In this document: piece after piece, positions 37,418 to 48,724 of the stretch
How positions within the stretch are numbered: position 1 is the first letter of the stretch
How the letters are laid out: every line of letters starts with the position of its first letter
Assembly: GCF_001194135.2 (NCBI RefSeq)
Contig: NC_069003.1
Span: 27,091,687-27,152,205 of the forward strand
Direction: 5' to 3'
Source: Octopus bimaculoides
Taxonomy: Eukaryota
DNA: 60,519 bases
Position numbers and translations under genes: made by a program
The notes under the pieces: generated by a model
The model's database searches: none
The model's input: the letters and a program-made list of their open reading frames with translations, nothing else
Told to the model about the DNA's origin: nothing

Positions 37418-38170
37418 CTAGAAATTCATTCCGGCGTTGCCCGGGTGTTATGACCTACAGCCACATTGTATTATTTGTTTCTTTCTTATGGGCAGAATCG
37501 GAACACAAGGAGTGTGAAGGAAACAACTCTTTTTTATAAACATATTTTTTGGTCATTTTGTGATGAACAACGCTGAAATTGTTGACACCAAAAACATGTA
37601 GAATGGCAGCTTAGATTAGAACGGAATCCTAACATTCCCCCCCCAAAGTGTCATAGACTTACGGATGAAAAGAACTGGATGACGTATGAGGACGTAGAGG
37701 TATCCGTATTGCAGAAGGTAAGGTACATGGAAAGAAAGCTGCTTCATTGTGAAAAGCACCATCTTTGTAATGTTTGGGCAGACTGCACACTACAACATGA
37801 TAAGTGAAGCCGACAGTGCTTCTGGGTAAACCATGTTTTGCATAAGTCCAGAGTTGATAAAATATACAAGTGATCTGCACTGCTAACTCGAGAGCATGCA
37901 ACATATAGTTGTCCATGAGAAAAGCAGGTTATTTGTAAATTGAGACCCCGAATTTTTAAAGTTTGGCCCTGGGCTTTGTTGGTTGTCATAGTGTTTGTTC
38001 GCCAATACATAAAAAAAAAATGCGACATAAAAATCGTCAAGTTTAACTCCCAACACTATACCTTCAAATGCGTTTTAGTCATGACGGCACTGTCATTTCG
38101 GACTTAGTTTAACTCAAATAATTCTATGCTTTGTTACCCTACAGATTCGAAAACTGACGGCAGGGTGAGA
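37418..38170 (-). mobile_element. Non-autonomous Helitron, 753 bp
   Basis: Minus strand: A|TC at the inferred 5' end (38170, where homology with the second copy stops), 3' hairpin CCCGGGCAACGCCGG (37445-37431), CTAG|T terminus (37421-37418), and an internal helicase C-terminus. Confidence 0.9.
37812..37989 (-). pseudogene. Helitron RepHel Pif1-like helicase, C-terminal remnant
   Basis: MTTNKAQGQTL...CFSHGQLYVACSRV (helicase motifs V/VI), then after a frameshift MQNMVYPEAL, resembling the usual NVVYPE terminus. Confidence 0.9.
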
Positions 38171-38894
38171 TCCTAGTAATATACTTGTATATGGTGTGTT
38201 CTGTGAATTTATGGAAAGCAATCCCATAAAACTCAACAAATTTGTTAAAAATGAAGAAGAGAAGGTGTTAAAATTTAAGAGAATTTTAATTCATGCAGAC
38301 GATCGTTTCGAATAACGATATTAAAATCATACAAATTCATGGTTGCTTAGAAATAATTAAATTAATTATAAATCGCTGTTCTATTCAGTGCAAGAAGCAT
38401 AAACAAGAAATTATTACAAAGGACTTGATGAAGGAAATAGCAGAGAATAATTTCGGATATTCATATTTATCCTTATGAGAAAGAAATAAGAAATGTGGGT
38501 CTAGTTATGGTATAAACTAAAAGTTTTAGTTTGGTGCAAAAAATGGTTAGGGACCATTGACCTACGTACAAGGTTACAAGACTACAAGGCTGGAAATCGG
38601 ACTTTTTAATTAAATCTACAAGACCGTGTCTTTCCGTCTTTCCCAAATTTGTCGAACCCCGGAATGAGAAAAGTAAAGTTGATTTTGTCAGTAATTCAGC
38701 TCAGCAAATGCCGCAAGGAATTTTGATAGACTCTCTAATGAGTCTGTCAGTCCATGGCAAGGAGGGAGAGGATAAGGTGGGGGTGGGGTGGGAATCAAGT
38801 GGAAAGAAAAAGACGAGGGGATAAAAAGGAAGATGAAGTGAAGGAGAGGGAGGAGGAGAATTAGTAGTAGTTGTGGTTGTAATAGAAATAGAAA

Positions 38895-38951
<57 letters not shown>

Positions 38952-38968
38952 AAGAAGAAGAAGAAGAA

Positions 38969-39000
<32 letters not shown>

Positions 39001-39010
39001 AGGAGGAGGA
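38895..39010. repeat. (AGC)(AGT)(AGA)(AGG) compound trinucleotide array
   Basis: Seen directly. Confidence 0.95.
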
Positions 39011-39911
39011 AAAGAAAAAGAACAACAAGAACAATAATAACAGCAATTTCTTGTGGTTGTAGTCGTCATCGACGCCGTCGTATAAGCAACAGCAGAAGAA
39101 TCTATACTAGGAGAAGAAGAAGAAGAAGAAGAAGAAAGTAGATATGAGGCTGACGAAAACGAAGGCGGCGACGACGACGATCATGATGGTGATGATGATG
39201 ATGATGATGATGATCGCAAATCAAGAGGGAGATCAGAGGACATGGGGGAGGGGGGAGGGGGGAGGAACGGGTATTTAAAAACTAGCAGAAGATAATAGCG
39301 ACAAAGGGGTCATCTTTGTCCTTCATTTCATTGACCCCGTTTGTTTATTAGAGGAGAANNNNNNNNNNNNNNNNNNNNNNNNNNNNNNNNNNNNNNNNNN
39401 NNNNNNNNNNNNNNNNNNNNNNNNNNNNNNNNNNNNNNNNNNNNNNNNNNNNNNNNNNNNNNNNNNNNNNNNNNNNNNNNNNNNNNNNNNNNNNNNNNNN
39501 NNNNNNNNNNNNNNNNNNNNNNNNNNNNNNNNNNNNNNNNNNNNNNNNNNNNNNNNNNNNNNNNNNNNNNNNNNNNNNNNNNNNNNNNNNNNNNNNNNNN
39601 NNNNNNNNNNNNNNNNNNNNNNNNNNNNNNNNNNNNNNNNNNNNNNNNNNNNNNNNNNNNNNNNNNNNNNNNNNNNNNNNNNNNNNNNNNNNNNNNNNNN
39701 NNNNNNNNNNNNNNNNNNNNNNNNNNNNNNNNNNNNNNNNNNNNNNNNNNNNNNNNNNNNNNNNNNNNNNNNNNNNNNNNNNNNNNNNNNNNNNNNNNNN
39801 NNNNNNNNNNNNNNNNNNNNNNNNNNNNNNNNNNNNNNNNNNNNNNNNNNNNNNNNNNNNNNNNNNNNNNNNNNNNNNNNNNNNATATATAGGTATATAT
39901 ATAGGTATATA

Positions 39912-40125
39912 TGAAGGCGCGTGGCCTAGTGGTTAGGGTGTTGCATTCACGACCTCTAGTTGTGGTTTCAATTTCCAGATCGGGCGGTGCGTTGTGTTCT
40001 TGAGCAAAACACTTCATTTCACGTTGCTCCAGTCTCCTTTCAATCAAGGCGGGGGTGCAGTGTTGACCTGCTCACCTAACTAGTAGAGTGACATCATTTG
40101 AAGACTAAAACAATGTAAAGCGTCA
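39912..40125 (+). mobile_element. SINE with C2-type head and CORE-like segment, followed by a different tail
   Basis: A-box TGGCCTAGTGG; TGTGTTCTTGAGCAAAACACTT is CORE-like; matches the reverse complement of 6100-6178 up to CCAGTC (40034), then diverges. Confidence 0.75.
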
Positions 40126-40140
40126 TGATGTCGGCATTTT

Positions 40141-40802
40141 GATACCGAACGCCAATCATAATGATAGAGGTAACTCTTTCCCAATATTCAGATGGCTTTC
40201 AGTCCTCCATCTCAGCTAACGTCTTCTCAATCACAGCTTTACTCCAACACCGTTGATTGTTCGCCATAAAAATCGTCAAGTTTAACCCCCAACACTATAC
40301 CTTCAAATGTGTTTTAGTCATGACGGCGCTGTCGTTTCAGACTTAGTTTATCTCAAATAATGTAGAGGCGCAATGGCCCAGTGGTTAGGGCAGCGGACTC
40401 GCGGTTTCTATTCCCAGATCGGGCGTTGTGAGTGTTTATTGAGCGAAAACACCTAAAAGCTCCACGAAGCTCCGGCAGGGGATGGTGGCGAACCCTGCTT
40501 TACTCTTTCACCACAACTTTCTCTCACTCTTACTTCCTGTTTCTGTTGTGCCTGTAATTCAAAGGGCCAGCCTTGTCACATTGTGTCACGCTGAATATCC
40601 CCCGAGAACTACGTTAAGGGTACACGTGTCTGTGGAGTGCTCAGCCACTTGCACTTTAATTTCACGAGCAGGCTGTTCCGTTGACCGGATCAACTGAAAC
40701 CCTCGACGTCGTAAGCGACGGAGTGCCAACAACAACATATCTCAAATAACTCTATGCTTTGTTTGTTACCCTACAGATTCGAAAACTGACGGGAGGGTGA
40801 GA
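40141..40802 (-). mobile_element. Second Helitron copy (5' portion only), interrupted by a SINE
   Basis: 40266-40360 plus 40750-40802 align at high identity to 38026-38170. Homology ends at the same GAGAT. The left boundary (40141) is uncertain. Confidence 0.8.
40361..40737 (+). mobile_element. SINE family C1, full-length, with 12-bp TSD
   Basis: tRNA-like head (TGGCCCAGTGG), internal domain, tail ending (CAA)n. TSD TATCTCAAATAA at 40349-40360 and 40738-40749. Confidence 0.95.
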
Positions 40803-41900
40803 TTATAATAATATGTTTTGGTTGCTATTTCTAGCTGGCCGAGCGACCACAAACAGGTTTAATTATAGTCTTGTGGCAAGTAGTTTTAATACTCTTGCCG
40901 TTGTCGTGGATGTCTTGTTATTTCCACCGTTCTTGTTTGTATTGTTATTACATATATTACTATAATATTGCTTCCAAGTCTGATTAATTAGATTCTTCTA
41001 ATTAATTACAACATTGGTTTCGACTTTTTACTAATCTCACAATTCCTGTATTCGCTTCAATTTCCTTATTAATTTAGCTGATTTGCTGTAAATATTTTTT
41101 CTTGTTTTCATCCTCATCATTATTATATATTGTATTGTTGTTCTTTATAGTCTTATGTTTATATAATACATGGAGCTTATATTCAAGTAACAAGTATATA
41201 GACTAATGAAGATTGGAATGGATTGGACACTTGTTTAGTATTAAAGGTTGCACAATAAGGTCCCTTGGCAACAGTCGTTTAATTCCTAATTTTGTTTTCT
41301 TCGTTCACTTCTTCATTCTCTCTCTGAATTGTATATCAGCGTGTATGTATGTATGTATGTATGTATGTATGTATGTATGTATGTGTGTATATATGTATGC
41401 TCTCTTTCTCTTTTTAATTTAGAGCTAATTTTAAGCAGTCACCTGCTTGGCAGCAAGGTTGTGAAGGAAAGCATCTTATTTTGTTAATCTTAAATCTTAA
41501 GGAGGTCTGGCAGATTTTTATACTCTCAGATTTCGTGATCATTTGTAGAGTATTAATTAAGGATTTGTGTTCCCTCTCCAGTAACATAATTTCGGCCATA
41601 CTTTGCTCCAGACAGGTTATTATGTATACTATTGCTCCAATAATAAAAGCTATGAAGCTAAAAGTGTATCTTGGGTACTGGATCTGCCATCTCCTTATCA
41701 ATGGTCCATAGACGTCCTCTTTCTCTTGTATTTTTCTAACCACATTGGTGTTCCGGGAGCAGCTGATTTCCACAACGGAATATATGTATCTTCTTTTGGT
41801 TTCACGCAACAATATCTAGCCAGTTGTGTTTTAATTTGGTGGCTGTTATTAAAAAAAAAGCCCCATTATATTTTTATAATTAAATATTGATTTCAAATTA

Positions 41901-42075
41901 TTGCACAAGGCCAGCAAATTATAGGGAGGAGAAAAATCGACTATATCGATCCCAGTAATCAACTGGTACTTACAAGGCGATGAAAGGCAAAGTTGATCTC
42001 GGCGGAATTTGAACTCAGAACGTAAAGACAGACGAAATGGTACTAAGCAGTTTGCCCGGCATGCTAACAATTGTA
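41901..42075 (-). mobile_element. SINE family A, 5'-truncated
   Basis: Colinear with 42294-42527. Confidence 0.9.
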
Positions 42076-42100
42076 TGAAAGCAATTCCTAAAATATATAT

Positions 42101-42293
42101 TGTTTGTTTACGTGTTTCAGTCATTTTGACTGCGGCCATGCTGGAGCATCGCTTTAAAAAAACTTTTAGTCGAAGCAATCAAACCCAAGACTTATTGGGT
42201 GAACCGCTAAGATACAGGGACGTAAACACACCAACACCAGTTGTCAAGTGGTGATGGAGGGACAAACACAGACACAAAGACACACTCACACAT
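42101..42293 (-). mobile_element. SINE family B-type 3' half
   Basis: GTGTTTCAGTCATTTTGACTGCGGCCATGCTGGAGC...GGGACGTAAACACACCAACACCAGTTGTCAAG. Confidence 0.9.
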
Positions 42294-42527
42294 AATAATA
42301 ATAATAATAATAATTTCTAATAAAGGCACAAGGCCTGAAATTTTTTTGTGAGAGAGGACTAGTCGATTACATCGATCCCAGTGTTTCACTGGTACTTATT
42401 TTATCGAGCCTGAAAGGATGAAAGGCAAAGTCGACCTCGGCGGAATTTGAACTCAGAACATGAAGACGGACGAAATACCACCAAGCATTTGCCTAGGGTG
42501 CTAACAATTCTGCCAGCTCGCCGCCTT
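42294..42527 (-). mobile_element. SINE family A, full-length with (ATT)n tail
   Basis: A-box TGGCAGAATTG, B-box GAGTTCAAATTCC, core GCCTTTCATCCTTTCAGGCTCGATAAAATAAGTACCAG (Meta/MESC-like from memory), tail and simple repeat. Confidence 0.92.
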
Positions 42528-43051
42528 GGGTGTTTAGTAACTCTACTGCTATAATAGTGATAAACAAGACTGAAAAAGAAACTCTTTAAACAGATATAGT
42601 GTAATTGGTGTGTAGAAATTTGTCATTTAATGTGGGTGGAATTTTGATGGTGCTGTCTGTATGGTTTGCTAAATTCCTCTTCTACGGTTCCGAAAATTCT
42701 AGAAGCATTAAATGTGTTCGCACCAGAAATAGTGTTGAACATAAATCTTTATAGAAATAGAAACGAAAAGTTGTTGAGACAGAAGATCGACACCAGCAAC
42801 ACGAATAATAACATCATTCTTGTTTGCAGGACATACGCTGCTTAGCCTCAGAAATAGGATAGTTAAATATAACCAGAGGCACAAACGTACACACACGCGT
42901 GCGCATACACATAGACAAGCCCGCGTGCACACAAACACACATGCACACACTCATATCTCGGCACACGATAAATACAAAAGAACGCGCGGAAAAACATACA
43001 CGCACACAGATACACACACACACAAATCTATAATAATCCTCTCTACTAAAG

Positions 43052-43177
43052 CTACTTAATTTATCGCCCCCCAAAGGATGAAATGCAGAGTCGACCCCGG
43101 CGGAATTTGAACTCAGAACGTAAAGCCGGGTGAAATGCTACTAACCATTTCGCCCGGCATGCTAATGATTCTGCCAG
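43052..43177 (-). mobile_element. SINE family A, head plus core
   Basis: AAGGATGAAATGCAGAGTCGACCCCGGCGGAATTTGAACTCAGAACG...CCCGGCATGCTAATGATTCTGCCAG. Confidence 0.9.
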
Positions 43178-43845
43178 AACTTTCGGATGGAATATGTATG
43201 TATGTATGTATGTATGTATATATATATNNNNNNNNNNNNNNNNNNNNNNNNNNNNNNNNNNNNNNNNNNNNNNNNNNNNNNNNNNNNNNNNNNNNNNNNN
43301 NNNNNNNNNNNNNNNNNNNNNNNNNNNNNNNNNNNNNNNNNNNNNNNNNNNNNNNNNNNNNNNNNNNNNNNNNNNNNNNNNNNNNNNNNNNNNNNNNNNN
43401 NNNNNNNNNNNNNNNNNNNNNNNNNNNNNNNNNNNNNNNNNNNNNNNNNNNNNNNNNNNNNNNNNNNNNNNNNNNNNNNNNNNNNNNNNNNNNNNNNNNN
43501 NNNNNNNNNNNNNNNNNNNNNNNNNNNNNNNNNNNNNNNNNNNNNNNNNNNNNNNNNNNNNNNNNNNNNNNNNNNNNNNNNNNNNNNNNNNNNNNNNNNN
43601 NNNNNNNNNNNNNNNNNNNNNNNNNNNNNNNNNNNNNNNNNNNNNNNNNNNNNNNNNNNNNNNNNNNNNNNNNNNNNNNNNNNNNNNNNNNNNNNNNNNN
43701 NNNNNNNNNNNNNNNNNNNNNNNNNNNNNNNNNNNNNNNNNNNNNNNNNNNNNNNNNNNNNNNNNNNNNNNNNNNNNNNNNNNNNNNNNNNNNNNNNNNN
43801 NNNNNNNNNNNATATATATATATATATATATATACATATATATAT

Positions 43846-44400
43846 CACAAAATCTGTTCGCCAAGAGCTGCTGCACAAAGCTGGATTTCACGGGAGGGCT
43901 GCAATAAGAAAACCGCTACTTTCAAAAACAAAGCGTTTAGAGTGGAGTAAAAACCTACAGAATTGGTCCCTAGAGCATTGGAAGAATGTTATTTTTTCCG
44001 ACGAGTCATCCATTACCTTATTTCCGACCACCGGCCGACTATACGTGTGGAGTCATCCAAAAAAAGCATTTGACTCAGACTGCCTTCTTCCAACTGTTAA
44101 ACATGGAGTAGGATCTGTGATGATCTGGGGGTGTGCTATATCTTGGAAATCCGCTGGCCCAATGGTTTCCCTTCATGGCAACCATTTTATCTGATCAAAT
44201 TCATCCTATGGTTACGGAACTTCTTCCGGAGGGAAACGCAATCTCTCAGGATGATAATGCTAAAGTTGTTATTGAATGTCCCGAGAAACATTCTAGTGAA
44301 GTTGAACATCTTATCTGGCCACCACAGTCCCCAGATCTCAATATTATTGAGCATTTGTGGTGCATTTTAGAAAAACAAGTAAGGCGTCCATATCTTCCAC
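43846..44400 (+). pseudogene. Tc1-family transposase remnant (end of HTH_Tnp_Tc3_2 region plus DDE domain), frameshifted and internally deleted
   Basis: RAAIRKPLL...WKNVIFSDES (D at 44000), PTVKHGVGSVMIWG, QDDNA (D at 44253), WPPQSPDLNIIEHLW (E at 44349). The 5' part is lost in the 43228-43811 gap. Confidence 0.92.
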
Positions 44401-44823
44401 CATCATATTTGCTTACATGTTTCAAAAAGCCTGATTAACTGTACCGATATCCTACAATAGTTTGTACACACAATCGATCAAATGATTAACCAATTAATCA
44501 ATTAAATAATGGAACAAGTCATCCGACAATCTTTTCTCATCGGAGTTCAAAAGTCGTCCTGGTAGACTTTTCAAAGACTGCTAGAAATACGGTTACTGAG
44601 TTGAGAGGCGGTAGCCATTGTACATATATTATGATGCATTCTTTTAAATGCTATCTTCATGCATAGTTTATGATCGGAGAGGTCAAAATGTTATCAAACG
44701 TTGGTGCATACAAGTTTAGGTGCAGGGGCAGCACTAGAGAACTGGTATTTAATGTTTTTGTTTTCAGACAGTCCGTAGTAGTGAAGGGTGAACCGTGTGA
44801 GAGATCTGTTGAGTGCTCAGTAA

Positions 44824-45026
44824 TTTTTCTTTTCTACTCTATGTACAAGGCCCGAAATTTGGGGGAAGGGAGCCAGTCAATTAGATCGACCCCAGTACGC
44901 AACTGGTAATTAATTTATCGACCCCGAAAGGATGAAAGGCAAAGTCGACCTCGGTGGAATTTGAACTCAGAACGTAAAGACAGATGAAATACTGCAAAGC
45001 ATTTCGCCCGGCGTGCTAACGTTTCT
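44824..45026 (-). mobile_element. SINE family A, tail type 1, lacking the extreme 5' end
   Basis: Young-looking core; tail CCCCCAAATTTCGGGCCTTGTACATAGAGTAGAAAAG. Confidence 0.92.
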
Positions 45027-45259
45027 TATTTTTTATTGCCTACCAGAGGCTAAACAAAGAGGGGACAAATAAGGACAGACCAAGAGATTAAGTCGATTAC
45101 ATCGACCCCAGTGCGTAACTGGTGCTTAATTTATCAACCCTGAAAGGATGAAAGGCAAAGTCGACCTCGGCGGAATATGAACTCAGAACGTAACGGCAGA
45201 CGAAATACCGCAAAATATTTCGCCCGGCGTGCTAACGTTTCTAACAAGCTCGCCACCTT
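45027..45259 (-). mobile_element. SINE family A, tail type 2, full-length
   Basis: Same head and core; tail TCTTGGTCTGTCCTTATTTGTCCCCTCTTTGTTTAGCCTCTGG is unrelated to tail type 1. Confidence 0.92.
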
Positions 45260-45350
45260 CGAAGACGAAATATTGTCATACAGTCTTACGCAGCGTTTTA
45301 GCTCAGAGCCTAAATGTTAAAAAAGAAATTCTGGTTTATTCACCGGCATA

Positions 45351-45505
45351 TTAGTTAGTTTCTCCGTGCCATGAGGCACATGGGGCCGCAGCACGATCTT
45401 ACCGACCACCTCTGTTTTATTCCACTGTTCCGGCTTCATTCCAGCTTCTTCATCCTTGTCTCTTATCCTTACCAATGATCCTTCGCCATGTGAGCTTAGG
45501 GCAGG
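45351..45505 (-). mobile_element. RTE-clade LINE 3' end relic
   Basis: Minus frame PKLTWRRIIGKDKRQG*RSWNEAGTVE*NRGGR*DRAAAPCASWHGE resembles RTE ORF C-termini, followed by a short (ACTA)-like tail. Confidence 0.7.
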
Positions 45506-46212
45506 TTAATGCTGTTAATAGGAATTCATTCAATTTATCAAACAACTAAATGCTCATCGTCGAGACAGACGGAGGAATCTACTCACTCATAAGTTCGTTT
45601 AGAAACCATGAAGAAATAAATTATAACAATATGTATTTTTTTCTCTCTCATCGTTTGTCTGTTGATGATTTTTCTTGACGAATAGTTCTGTTGTATTTTT
45701 ATGGTAAGTATTTGTTTAACAATCGTTTGATAAATAATTGAACTCTTTAGCATCGACATTATATTCTAAGCTGGAATTGGTTCATGAAATTGACATTTCA
45801 ATTGCCACTTCTTATAACTGCTGCCTCCAAGACACAAGCACTGCAAATCCTGTATAAATGAAAATTCAACAAGATATTTTCTTCTAATTCTCTTCTAATT
45901 TTGATCTGTTCTTTTTGTGGTATATTTTCCTGTATTTTGTATTTGTATTTTTTTAGAGTTTGTAAATTGTTGTTGCTGTTCTTATTAACGTTGTTCTGTT
46001 TTTTGTTTTGATTTTGGTTTCCATTTCAGTTAAAATACCGCCTACTGGATTTGATCAATTCAAGCATTACTGTTATGTGAACTATAAAGAAAAACCACTG
46101 CAGCACGTTAATTCCACGAAACGAGTTGAATGAATGGTAAGAAGAGAAAACAAAAGATAGAAAGAGCGCTAATAAGAAAGAGCGATAGATAGATATACAT
46201 ATACATAGAGAG

Positions 46213-46275
<63 letters not shown>

Positions 46276-46922
46276 NNNNNNNNNNNNNNNNNNNNNNNNN
46301 NNNNNNNNNNNNNNNNNNNNNNNNNNNNNNNNNNNNNNNNNNNNNNNNNNNNNNNNNNNNNNNNNNNNNNNNNNNNNNNNNNNNNNNNNNNNNNNNNNNN
46401 NNNNNNNNNNNNNNNNNNNNNNNNNNNNNNNNNNNNNNNNNNNNNNNNNNNNNNNNNNNNNNNNNNNNNNNNNNNNNNNNNNNNNNNNNNNNNNNNNNNN
46501 NNNNNNNNNNNNNNNNNNNNNNNNNNNNNNNNNNNNNNNNNNNNNNNNNNNNNNNNNNNNNNNNNNNNNNNNNNNNNNNNNNNNNNNNNNNNNNNNNNNN
46601 NNNNNNNNNNNNNNNNNNNNNNNNNNNNNNNNNNNNNNNNNNNNNNNNNNNNNNNNNNNNNNNNNNNNNNNNNNNNNNNNNNNNNNNNNNNNNNNNNNNN
46701 NNNNNNNNNNNNNNNNNNNNNNNNNNNNNNNNNNNNNNNNNNNNNNNNNNNNNNNNNNNNNNNNNNNNNNNNNNNNNNNNNNNNNNNNNNNNNNNNNNNN
46801 NNNNNNNNNNNNNNNNNNNNNNNNNNNNNNNNNNNNNNNNNNNNNNNNNNNNNNNNNNNNNNNNNNNNNNNNNNNNNNNNNNNNNNNNNNNNNNNNNNNN
46901 NNNNNNNNNNNNNNNNNNNNNN

Positions 46923-46967
<45 letters not shown>

Positions 46968-47304
46968 CACACACACATACATTAGCGGGGACAGATGGGG
47001 ACAGTGGATTTAGAAGAATCAGCTGAATGAAGATTTCATTCGAATATTACGCTAGATCTTTACGCTATTTAGTAACGATAGTTTAATGTTTAAATCCTGC
47101 CGAGGTCAGGTGTACTTTTCCGGAATTCATGAAATATGCAATGATATTATATTATATAAAACATCCGCTGCTTTTGTAGTTTATCCTTGCAATGTGACTT
47201 CGTCCATCAGTTTTGTGACGAATGATGAATGATTATTATGAAGGATAATAGATTTTTGTAGAATAGCTAAGAGATCCAACAAGATAACCGTGCAGCATGT
47301 CTTC

Positions 47305-47471
47305 CCTTTTCTTTATGTCAGTCATGGAACTGCGGTCATGCTAGAGCACCGCCATTGCCTTGAATGGTTTAGTCGAATAAATTGTCTGCAGTAATTGATT
47401 TTACGTCTTGTATTTATTAGTTTCTTTTTGGTCGAACTGCTAGGTTACTGAGAAGCAATCAAACCAGCATC
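47305..47471 (-). mobile_element. SINE family B-type 3' half, diverged
   Basis: TCAGTCATGGAACTGCGGTCATGCTAGAGCACCGCC...GAACTGCTAGGTTAC...AAACCAGCATC. Confidence 0.75.
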
Positions 47472-47884
47472 AAGGGTAGCGAGCTGGCAGAAAAGTTAGC
47501 ACGCCGGACGAAATGCTTTGCGGTATTTCGTCTGCCGTTACGTTCTGAGTTCAAATTCCACCGAGGNNNNNNNNNNTATTTCGTCTGCCGTTACGTTCTG
47601 AGTTCAAATTCCACCGAGGTCGACTTTGCCTTTCATCCTTTCGGGGTCGATAAATTAAGTATGTGTGTATGTGTTTGTGTGTCTGTGTGTCTGTGTTTGT
47701 CCCCCGAACATCGCTTGATAACCGATGCTGGTGTGGTTACGTCCCCGTAACATAGCGGTTCGGCAAAAGAGACCGATAGAATAAGTACTAGGCTTCCAAA
47801 GAATAAGTCCTGGGGTCGATTTACTCGATTAAAGGTGGTGCTCCAGCATGGCCACAGTCAAATGACTGAAAGAAGTAAAAGAGT
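47472..47884 (+). mobile_element. Chimeric SINE: family A head and core joined to family B microsatellite and tail
   Basis: A sequence runs to AAATTAAGTA (47661), then (TG)-rich spacer and B tail. Contains a probably artifactual 43-bp duplication around the 10-N gap. Confidence 0.88.
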
Positions 47885-48033
47885 GTATATATATATATAT
47901 ATATGAAAAACCTACACGACTAGGTGAAAAGCGCTTCATTTAATATGTGACGTTAATAAAAATCTGTAAATGTACAAACATCCAGGTTTCTGAGTACCTT
48001 AATTAATTTTTTTTTCTATATAATTTCTGTACA

Positions 48034-48051
48034 TCACCTCCAAACCTTCAA

Positions 48052-48087
<36 letters not shown>

Positions 48088-48684
48088 TAGAATAGAATAG
48101 AATTTATTATATTCACGTAAGGATAGCTCTGTCTCAACTTCGTTCATGCAGGGTTTAGACAGACAAGTAATTTTCTCTCTTGATTTTAGATAAATTTTGT
48201 TATTTCTTCTCTCTGTATACACAGAGAAAAATAGTTGCCAAATTTTGGAGACATGGCTCCGAAAAGGATATTGACTATGAACAAAATAACTCAGTTCACA
48301 AATAGAAAAAAGAAATGACAGCAACTTAATTGCGTAGCAACACATTAATGTTGAACAAACAGTAAGCGATAATATTTTAACAGCCAAAAATGTCAGTTTG
48401 AATACTACGAGTGGAAATGTTGTCAACAACGCCGATACATACGAACACTCTTTGCCAAACGGAAACATATCCAACATTTCTTCACATGGCAACGGTACAG
48501 TCACCAACATGCTAAGTATTAGAGAATACTCAAATATGAATTTTTGCCGTATAAAGAGGCAATGTGGATAAATAATATTTTGCACCACAGCTACTGACAT
48601 ACCTAAAGGATGTGTCACCCAAAGCATGCTCTTGAATTTGCCGCTCATCTTTGGGGTTATAAGTCTAGATAGGCTCATGCACAA
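48034..48684 (-). other. 216-codon open frame in largely non-repetitive DNA; coding status unknown
   Basis: Longest ORF not explained by microsatellites or Ns. No recognisable domain. Overlaps a 77-codon N/S/T-rich plus frame (48338-48571). Confidence 0.25.
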
Positions 48685-48724
48685 ACCAAAATGTGCCGCC
48701 CGTATAAAAGCGTCGTTCAGGGAA

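Noticed and set aside
39912-40430. tRNA-like heads (also at 42440-42527, 50720-50888, 57690-57760)
   Set aside because: A and B boxes are present but there is no complete cloverleaf, and most run into SINE bodies, so they are not tRNA genes.
47524-47619. 43-bp duplication inside the SINE around a 10-N gap
   Set aside because: Same assembly artifact: identical copies separated only by placeholder Ns.
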